Assembly: GCA_040954595.2 (NCBI GenBank)
Contig: CM082578.2
Location: 17,739,912-17,803,911, forward strand
DNA length: 64,000 bases
Direction of reading: 5' to 3'
Source: Balanoglossus misakiensis
Lineage: Eukaryota; Animalia; Hemichordata
Part shown: one piece after another, positions 50,601-61,100 of the stretch
Position numbering within the stretch: the first letter of the stretch is position 1
How the letters are laid out: every line of letters begins with the position of its first letter
Position numbers and translations under genes: made by a program
Notes under the pieces: model-generated
What the model saw: only the letters and a program-made list of their open reading frames with translations
Told to the model about the DNA's origin: nothing
Database searches by the model: none

Positions 50601-51896
50601 AATCACCGTGTACGGGTGTGTTGAGAAATACATTAGGCGTTGACAGGCAAGGCTTCTTCCATTGAAGGAGGGTGGGTTATTTATGAGTTAAATGCAGGTT
50701 GCGTGTCTGATAGTCTTCAAAGCCTTACCCGGCGATCGCCGTTATTTCCCCGAGGAAGTAGCCCCGTCATCTCTAGTCATAAATTCGTGTAATATTTCCT
50801 TTTCGCTTGATGCATACTCCCCATCTGAACTCTGTGAGACTACAACAGACGCTCGCTGATATTTATCTTCTTATCGGCAACACATTTCTTATCGTCATGA
50901 GTATTTTTTCTCTCTTTCGCACGGCGTTGGATACGCTCTTGTTCGACACGAATAGCTAAAATGTGTGCGTTTTGTATTCGAATGATAACGCTGAAGTTTG
51001 GCAAAGCAAACCTCACGCAATTCGGATTTAGTTGAACAGTGCGAGGGAACTGATACAGCGAGATTTATAAGAAGTTCTATTTTTGTAATACGGTCAAAAG
51101 TTCATTTATTCGAATGTGGAAACGGGCAAGGAAAATTTCATTTTTCATTTAACACAGTTTAGAAGGAAATCCATCGGTGCATGGAACAAAAACGTGACTG
51201 AATGAGACACGCCCGAGATGTGACCTTTTTAGGGACAAACTGTGAACGAACTTGGAAGAAGTTCCACGGGCCATCTGTCACTGTCAAACTATCAACCTTC
51301 AGATGGGCTTTTGTCGCCCTCACGCGGCAACAATATGATATATGTACGTGCATGCATGGTGCCAGAAACGACAATATTTGTCCTTGCAGATCATTTGTTC
51401 AGATGAAGAGCGTGTGAGACCGTGTCTGAAGTTGGGAGGGACAGACTCAACACACAAAAATCGCTCAGTCATTCTGAGCTAAAACGAACATTTTTTTCTA
51501 TTGATAAAAGATAACAAAACCGTGGGTTGTTATCGCGGGAAAAACCCGTGGCGATACCGTCACGACTTTATCGGCTCAGTATATCTGCAGTGTCAGGTGT
51601 ATCGAAGTTAACATGATTATGATGAATGAGGCGAGCGTTAGAATCATCCACTTTCATCTCAGAAATTCACCAGAACTCCGATCAAAATTATCTTGATAGG
51701 ATTTGGATGGTTTTAGCGACTTTCATAATGTGCCGATTTCGCTACCGGCGTTTCCACGATTCCTCTAACCCATTAATTTTATGGCTGCGCTGGCATTTTC
51801 TATAGAGCTTGTAATTGCACGCTGCCTTGCCATTATCTGACATCTTCATGGACGTGTAATGTTTTAACGTCGTTAGGCTATTGTACACGGGCAACA

Positions 51897-52157
51897 TTTT
51901 TAGGTCCCATTGGTATGTATCATGGGACCTTATGGAATCAGTTGCGTCTGTATGGATGGATGGATGTTTGTATGTCCGTCCACATCAAAAACTTGAAAAC
52001 CGCTGCGCGTATAACCTCGATATTTGGTGGGTAGATGCAGGCAAGGCTGTAGATGGGAGTTTGTTCAAATGAAATTGTCATTGCTAAAAATATGCAAATT
52101 AGCTGTGAAAAACCTAAATTAAGTCAAAACTCAGAAACTCAACAACCACTGATTGTC
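51897..52157 (+). mobile_element. Left arm of a non-autonomous Helentron-associated element (HINE/DINE-1/Pearl/Tsp-like)
   Basis: Begins in a T-run. A 9-bp inverted repeat AGGTCCCAT...ATGGGACCT (51902-51930) is followed by a TGGA/TGTA/GTCC microsatellite (about 51946-51982) and then about 170 bp that merge into the tandem array. This order matches the canonical HINE left arm. Confidence 0.65.
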
Positions 52158-55100
52158 ATGATTTTTTTTTCAAAAATCGACGAAATTTTTAAATTTGGCA
52201 AAGTCGAAAAATTGTCATTTTCTGACGATTTTCCTGAGCTATAACCCATGATTTTTTCAAAAATCGACGAAATTTTGAAATTTGGCAAAGTCGAAAAATT
52301 GTCATTTTCTGACGATTTTCATGAGCTATAACCCATGATTTTTTCAAAAATCGACGAAATTTTGAAATTTGGCAAAGTCGAAAAATTTTCATTTTCTGAC
52401 GATTTTCCTGAGCTATAACCCATGATTTTTTCAAAAATCGGCGAAATTTCGAAATTTGGCAAAGTCGAAAAATTGTCATTTTCTGACGATTTTCATGAGC
52501 TATAACCCATGATTTTTTCAAAAATCGGCGAAATTTCGAGATTTGGAAAAGTCGAAAAATCGTCGATTTTTGACGATTTTCCTGAGCTATAACCCATGGT
52601 TTTTTCAAAAATAGGCGAAATTTCGAGATTTGGAAAAGTCGAAAAATCGTCGATTTTTGATGATTTTCCTGAGCTATAACCCATGATTTTTTCAAAAATC
52701 GGCGAAATTTCGAGATTTGGAAAAGTCGAAAAATCGTCGATTTTTGATGATTTTCCTGAGCTATAACCCATGATTTTTTCAAAAATCGGCGAAATTTCGA
52801 GATTTGGAAAAGTCGAAAAATCGTCGATTTTTGATGATTTTCCTGAGCTATAACCCATGATTTTTTCAAAAATCGGCGAAATTTCGAGATTTGGAAAAGT
52901 CGAAAAATCGTCGATTTTTGATGATTTTCCTGAGCTATAACCCATGATTTTTTCAAAAATCGGCGAAATTTCGAGATTTGGAAAAGTCGAAAAATCGTCG
53001 ATTTTTGATGATTTTCCTGAGCTATAACCCATGATTTTTTCAAAAATCGGCGAAATTTCGAGATTTGGAAAAGTCGAAAAATCGTCGATTTTTGATGATT
53101 TTCCTGAGCTATAACCCATGATTTTTTCAAAAATCGGCGAAATTTCGAGATTTGGAAAAGTCGAAAAATCGTCGATTTTTGATGATTTTCCTGAGCTATA
53201 ACCCATGATTTTTTCAAAAATCGGCGAAATTTCGAGATTTGGAAAAGTCGAAAAATCGTCGATTTTTGATGATTTTCCTGAGCTATAACCCATGATTTTT
53301 TCAAAAATCGGCGAAATTTCGAGATTTGGAAAAGTCGAAAAATCGTCGATTTTTGATGATTTTCCTGAGCTATAACCCATGATTTTTTCAAAAATCGACG
53401 AAATTTCGAAATTTGGCAAAGTCGAAAAATTGTCATTTTCTGACGATTTTCATGAGCTATAACCCATGATTTTTTCAAAAATCGACGAAATTTTGAAATT
53501 TCGCAAAGTCGAAAAATTTTCATTTTCTGACGATTTTCATGAGCTATAACCCATGATTTTTTCAAAAATCGGCGAAATTTCGAGATTTGGAAAAGTCGAA
53601 AAATCGTCGATTTTTGACGATTTTCCTGAGCTATAACCCATGATTTTTTCAAAAATCGGCGAAATTTCGAGATTTGGAAAAGTCGAAAAATCGTCGATTT
53701 TTGACGATTTTCCTGAGCTATAACCCATGATTTTTTCAAAAATCGGCGAAATTTCGAGATTTGGAAAAGTCGAAAAATCGTCGATTTTTGATGATTTTCC
53801 TGAGCTATAACCCATGATTTTTTCAAAAATCGGCGAAATTTCGAGATTTGGAAAAGTCGAAAAATCGTCGATTTTTGATGATTTTCCTGAGCTATAACCC
53901 ATGATTTTTTCAAAAATCGGCGAAATTTCGAGATTTGGAAAAGTCGAAAAATCGTCGATTTTTGATGATTTTCCTGAGCTATAACCCATGATTTTTTCAA
54001 AAATCGGCGAAATTTCGAGATTTGGAAAAGTCGAAAAATCGTCGATTTTTGATGATTTTCCTGAGCTATAACCCATGATTTTTTCAAAAATCGGCGAAAT
54101 TTCGAGATTTGGAAAAGTCGAAAAATCGTCGATTTTTGATGATTTTCCTGAGCTATAACCCATGATTTTTTCAAAAATCGGCGAAATTTCGAGATTTGGA
54201 AAAGTCGAAAAATCGTCCATTTTTGATGATTTTCCTGAGCTATAACCCATGATTTTTTCAAAAATCGGCGAAATTTCGAGATTTGGAAAAGTCGAAAAAT
54301 CGTCGATTTTTGATGATTTTCCTGAGCTATAACCCATGATTTTTTCAAAAATCGGCGAAATTTCGAGATTTGGAAAAGTCGAAAAATCGTCGATTTTTGA
54401 TGATTTTCCTGAGCTATAACCCATGGTTTTTTCAAAAATCGGCGAAATTTCGAGATTTGGAAAAGTCGAAAAATCGTCGATTTTTGATGATTTTCCTGAG
54501 CTATAACCCATGGTTTTTTCAAAAATCGGCGAAATTTCGAGATTTGGAAAAGTCGAAAAATCGTCGATTTTTGATGATTTTCCTGAGCTATAACCCATGG
54601 TTTATTCAAAAATCGGCGAAATTTCGAGATTTGGAAAAGTCGAAAAATCGTCGATTTTTGATGATTTTCCTGAGCTATAACCCATGGTTTTTTCAAAAAT
54701 CGGCGAAATTTCGAGATTTGGAAAAGTCGAAAAATCGTCGATTTTTGATGATTTTCCTGAGCTATAACCCATGGTTTTTTCAAAAATCGGCGAAATTTCG
54801 AGATTTGGAAAAGTCGAAAAATCGTCGATTTTTGATGATTTTCCTGAGCTATAACCCATGATTTTTTCAAAAATCGGCGAAATTTCGAGATTTGGAAAAG
54901 TCGAAAAATCGTCGATTTTTGATGATTTTCCTGAGCTATAACCCATGATTTTTTCAAAAATCGGCGAAATTTCGAGATTTGGAAAAGTCGAAAAATCGTC
55001 GATTTTTGATGATTTTCCTGAGCTATAACCCATGGTTTTTTCAAAAATCGGCGAAATTTCGAGATTTGGAAAAGTCGAAAAATCGTCGATTTTTGATGAT

Positions 55101-58100
55101 TTTCCTGAGCTATAACCCATGGTTTTTTCAAAAATCGGCGAAATTTCGAGATTTGGAAAAGTCGAAAAATCGTCAATTTTTGATGATTTTCCTGAGCTAT
55201 AACCCATGATTTTTTCAAAAATCGGCGAAATTTCGAGATTTGGAAAAGTCGAAAAATCGTCGATTTTTGATGATTTTCCTGAGCTATAACCCATGGTTTT
55301 TTCAAAAATCGGCGAAATTTCGAGATTTGGAAAAGTCGAAAAATCGTCGATTTTTGATGATTTTCCTGAGCTATAACCCATGGTTTTTTCAAAAATCGGC
55401 GAAATTTCGAGATTTGGAAAAGTCGAAAAATCGTCGATTTTTGATGATTTTCCTGAGCTATAACCCATGGTTTATTTAAAAATCGGCGAAATTTCGAGAT
55501 TTGGAAAAGTCGAAAAATCGTCGATTTTTGATGATTTTCCTGAGCTATAACCCATGGTTTTTTCAAAAATCGGCGAAATTTCGAGATTTGGAAAAGTCGA
55601 AAAATCGTCGATTTTTGATGATTTTCCTGAGCTATAACCCATGTTTTTTTCAAAAATCGGCGAAATTTCGAGATTTGGAAAAGTCGAAAAATCGTCGATT
55701 TTTGATGATTTTCCTGAGCTATAACCCATGATTTTTTCAAAAATCGGCGAAATTTCGAGATTTGGAAAAGTCGAAAAATCGTCGATTTTTGATGATTTTC
55801 CTGAGCTATAACCCATGATTTTTTCAAAAATCGGCGAAATTTTGAGATTTGGAAAAGTCGAAAAATCGTCGATTTTTGATGATTTTCCTGAGCTATAACC
55901 CATGATTTTTTCAAAAATCGGCGAAATTTCGAGATTTGGAAAAGTCGAAAAATCGTCGATTTTTGATGATTTTCCTGAGCTATAACCCATGATTTTTTCA
56001 AAAATCGGCGAAATTTCGAGATTTGGAAAAGTCGAAAAATCGTCGATTTTTGATGATTTTCCTGAGCTATAACCCATGATTTTTTTCAAAAATCGGCGAA
56101 ATTTCGAGATTTGGAAAAGTCGAAAAATCGTCGATTTTTGATGATTTTCCTGAGCTATAACCCATGATTTTTTCAAAAATCGGCGAAATTTCGAGATTTG
56201 GAAAAGTCGAAAAATCGTCGATTTTTGATGATTTTCCTGAGCTATAACCCATGATTTTTTCAAAAATCGGCGAAATTTCGAGATTTGGAAAAGTCGAAAA
56301 ATCGTCGATTTTTGATGATTTTCCTGAGCTATAACCCATGATTTTTTCAAAAATCGGCGAAATTTCGAGATTTGGAAAAGTCGAAAAATCGTCGATTTTT
56401 GATGATTTTCCTGAGCTATAACCCATGATTTTTTCAAAAATCGGCGAAATTTCGAGATTTGGAAAAGTCGAAAAATCGTCGATTTTTGATGATTTTCCTG
56501 AGCTATAACCCATGATTTTTTCAAAAATCGGCGAAATTTCGAGATTTGGAAAAGTCGAAAAATCGTCGATTTTTGATGATTTTCCTGAGCTATAACCCAT
56601 GATTTTTTCAAAAATCGGCGAAATTTCGAGATTTGGAAAAGTCGAAAAATCGTCGATTTTTGATGATTTTCCTGAGCTATAACCCATGATTTTTTCAAAA
56701 ATCGGCGAAATTTCGAGATTTGGAAAAGTCGAAAAATCGTCGATTTTTGATGATTTTCCTGAGCTATAACCCATGATTTTTTCAAAAATCGGCGAAATTT
56801 CGAGATTTGGAAAAGTCGAAAAATCGTCGATTTTTGATGATTTTCCTGAGCTATAACCCATGATTTTTTCAAAAATCGGCGAAATTTCGAGATTTGGAAA
56901 AGTCGAAAAATCGTCGATTTTTGATGATTTTCCTGAGCTATAACCCATGATTTTTTCAAAAATCGGCGAAATTTCGAGATTTGGAAAAGTCGAAAAATCG
57001 TCGATTTTTGATGATTTTCCTGAGCTATAACCCATGATTTTTTCAAAAATCGGCGAAATTTCGAGATTTGGAAAAGTCGAAAAATCGTCGATTTTTGATG
57101 ATTTTCCTGAGCTATAACCCATGATTTTTTCAAAAATCGGCGAAATTTCGAGATTTGGAAAAGTCGAAAAATCGTCGATTTTTGATGATTTTCCTGAGCT
57201 ATAACCCATGATTTTTTCAAAAATCGGCGAAATTTCGAGATTTGGAAAAGTCGAAAAATCGTCGATTTTTGATGATTTTCCTGAGCTATAACCCATGATT
57301 TTTTCAAAAATCGGCGAAATTTCGAGATTTGGAAAAGTCGAAAAATCGTCGATTTTTGATGATTTTCCTGAGCTATAACCCATGATTTTTTCAAAAATCG
57401 GCGAAATTTCGAGATTTGGAAAAGTCGAAAAATCGTCGATTTTTGATGATTTTCCTGAGCTATAACCCATGATTTTTTCAAAAATCGGCGAAATTTCGAG
57501 ATTTGGAAAAGTCGAAAAATCGTCGATTTTTGATGATTTTCCTGAGCTATAACCCATGATTTTTTCAAAAATCGGCGAAATTTCGAGATTTGGAAAAGTC
57601 GAAAAATCGTCGATTTTTGATGATTTTCCTGAGCTATAACCCATGATTTTTTCAAAAATCGGCGAAATTTCGAGATTTGGAAAAGTCGAAAAATCGTCGA
57701 TTTTTGATGATTTTCCTGAGCTATAACCCATGATTTTCGGCGAAATTTCGAGATTTGGAAAAGTCGAAAAATCGTCGATTTTTGATGATTTTCCTGAGCT
57801 ATAACCCATGATTTTTTCAAAAATCGGCGAAATTTCGAGATTTGGAAAAGTCGAAAAATCGTCGATTTTTGATGATTTTCCTGAGCTATAACCCATGATT
57901 TTTTCAAAAATCGGCGAAATTTCGAGATTTGGAAAAGTCGAAAAATCGTCGATTTTTGATGATTTTCCTGAGCTATAACCCATGATTTTTTCAAAAATCG
58001 GCGAAATTTCGAGATTTGGAAAAGTCGAAAAATCGTCGATTTTTGATGATTTTCCTGAGCTATAACCCATGATTTTTTCAAAAATCGGCGAAATTTCGAG

Positions 58101-61100
58101 ATTTGGAAAAGTCGAAAAATCGTCGATTTTTGATGATTTTCCTGAGCTATAACCCATGATTTTTTCAAAAATCGGCGAAATTTCGAGATTTGGAAAAGTC
58201 GAAAAATCGTCGATTTTTGATGATTTTCCTGAGCTATAACCCATGATTTTTTCAAAAATCGGCGAAATTTCGAGATTTGGAAAAGTCGAAAAATCGTCGA
58301 TTTTTGATGATTTTCCTGAGCTATAACCCATGATTTTTTCAAAAATCGGCGAAATTTCGAGATTTGGAAAAGTCGAAAAATCGTCGATTTTTGATGATTT
58401 TCCTGAGCTATAACCCATGATTTTTTCAAAAATCGGCGAAATTTCGAGATTTGGAAAAGTCGAAAAATCGTCGATTTTTGATGATTTTCCTGAGCTATAA
58501 CCCATGATTTTTTCAAAAATCGGCGAAATTTCGAGATTTGGAAAAGTCGAAAAATCGTCGATTTTTGATGATTTTCCTGAGCTATATATAGACCCATGAT
58601 TTTTTCAAAAATCGGCGAAATTTCGAGATTTGGAAAAGTCGAAAAATCGTCGATTTTTGATGATTTTCCTGAGCTATAACCCATGATTTTTTCAAAAATC
58701 GGCGAAATTTCGAGATTTGGAAAAGTCGAAAAATCGTCGATTTTTGATGATTTTCCTGAGCTATAACCCATGATTTTTTCAAAAATCGGCGAAATTTCGA
58801 GATTTGGAAAAGTCGAAAAATCGTCGATTTTTGATGATTTTCCTGAGCTATAACCCATGATTTTTTCAAAAATCGGCGAAATTTCGAGATTTGGAAAAGT
58901 CGAAAAATCGTCGATTTTTGATGATTTTCCTGAGCTATAACCCATGATTTTTTCAAAAATCGGCGAAATTTCGAGATTTGGAAAAGTCGAAAAATCGTCG
59001 ATTTTTGATGATTTTCCTGAGCTATAACCCATGATTTTTTCAAAAATCGGCGAAATTTCGAGATTTGGAAAAGTCGAAAAATCGTCGATTTTTGATGATT
59101 TTCCTGAGCTATAACCCATGATTTTTTCAAAAATCGGCGAAATTTCGAGATTTGGAAAAGTCGAAAAATCGTCGATTTTTGATGATTTTCCTGAGCTATA
59201 ACCCATGATTTTTTCAAAAATCGGCGAAATTTCGAGATTTGGAAAAGTCGAAAAATCGTCGATTTTTGATGATTTTCCTGAGCTATAACCCATGATTTTT
59301 TCAAAAATCGGCGAAATTTCGAGATTTGGAAAAGTCGAAAAATCGTCGATTTTTGATGATTTTCCTGAGCTATAACCCATGATTTTTTCAAAAATCGGCG
59401 AAATTTCGAGATTTGGAAAAGTCGAAAAATCGTCGATTTTTGATGATTTTCCTGAGCTATAACCCATGATTTTTTCAAAAATCGGCGAAATTTCGAGATT
59501 TGGAAAAGTCGAAAAATCGTCGATTTTTGATGATTTTCCTGAGCTATAACCCATGATTTTTTCAAAAATCGGCGAAATTTCGAGATTTGGAAAAGTCGAA
59601 AAATCGTCGATTTTTGATGATTTTCCTGAGCTATAACCCATGATTTTTTCAAAAATCGGCGAAATTTCGAGATTTGGAAAAGTTGAAAAATCGTCGATTT
59701 TTGATGATTTTCCTGAGCTATAACCCATGATTTTTTCAAAAATCGGCGAAATTTCGAGATTTGGAAAAGTCGAAAAATCGTCGATTTTTGATGATTTTCC
59801 TGAGCTATAACCCATGATTTTTTCAAAAATCGGCGAAATTTCGAGATTTGGAAAAGTCGAAAAATCGTCGATTTTTGATGATTTTCCTGAGCTATAACCC
59901 ATGATTTTTTCAAAAATCGGCGAAATTTCGAGATTTGGAAAAGTCGAAAAATCGTCGATTTTTGATGATTTTCCTGAGCTATAACCCATGATTTTTTCAA
60001 AAATCGGCGAAATTTCGAGATTTGGAAAAGTCGAAAAATCGTCGATTTTTGATGATTTTCCTGAGCTATAACCCATGATTTTTTCAAAAATCGGCGAAAT
60101 TTCGAGATTTGGAAAAGTCGAAAAATCGTCGATTTTTGATGATTTTCCTGAGCTATAACCCATGATTTTTTCAAAAATCGGCGAAATTTCGAGATTTGGA
60201 AAAGTCGAAAAATCGTCGATTTTTGATGATTTTCCTGAGCTATAACCCATGATTTTTTCAAAAATCGGCGAAATTTCGAGATTTGGAAAAGTCGAAAAAT
60301 CGTCGATTTTTGATGATTTTCCTGAGCTATAACCCATGATTTTTTCAAAAATCGGCGAAATTTCGAGATTTGGAAAAGTCGAAAAATCGTCGATTTTTGA
60401 TGATTTTCCTGAGCTATAACCCATGATTTTTTCAAAAATCGGCGAAATTTCGAGATTTGGAAAAGTCGAAAAATCGTCGATTTTTGATGATTTTCCTGAG
60501 CTATAACCCATGATTTTTTCAAAAATCGGCGAAATTTCGAGATTTGGAAAAGTCCGAAAAATCGTCGATTTTTGATGATTTTCCTGAGCTATAACCCATG
60601 ATTTTTCAAAAATCGGCGAAATTTCGAGATTTGGAAAAGTCGAAAAATCGTCGATTTTTGATGATTTTCCTGAGCTATAACCCATGATTTTTTCAAAAAT
60701 CGGCGAAATTTCGAGATTTGGAAAAGTCGAAAAATCGTCGATTTTTGATGATTTTCCTGAGCTATAACCCATGATTTTTTCAAAAATCGGCGAAATTTCG
60801 AGATTTGGAAAAGTCGAAAAATCGTCGATTTTTGATGATTTTCCTGAGCTATAACCCATGATTTTTTCAAAAATGGCGAAATTTCGAGATTTGGAAAAGT
60901 CGAAAAATCGTCGATTTTTGATGATTTTCCTGAGCTATAACCCATGATTTTTTCAAAAATCGGCGAAATTTCGAGATTTGGAAAAGTCGAAAAATCGTCG
61001 ATTTTTGATGATTTTCCTGAGCTATAACCCATGATTTTTTCAAAAATCGGCGAAAATTTCGAGATTTGGAAAAGTCGAAAAATCGTCGATTTTTGATGAT

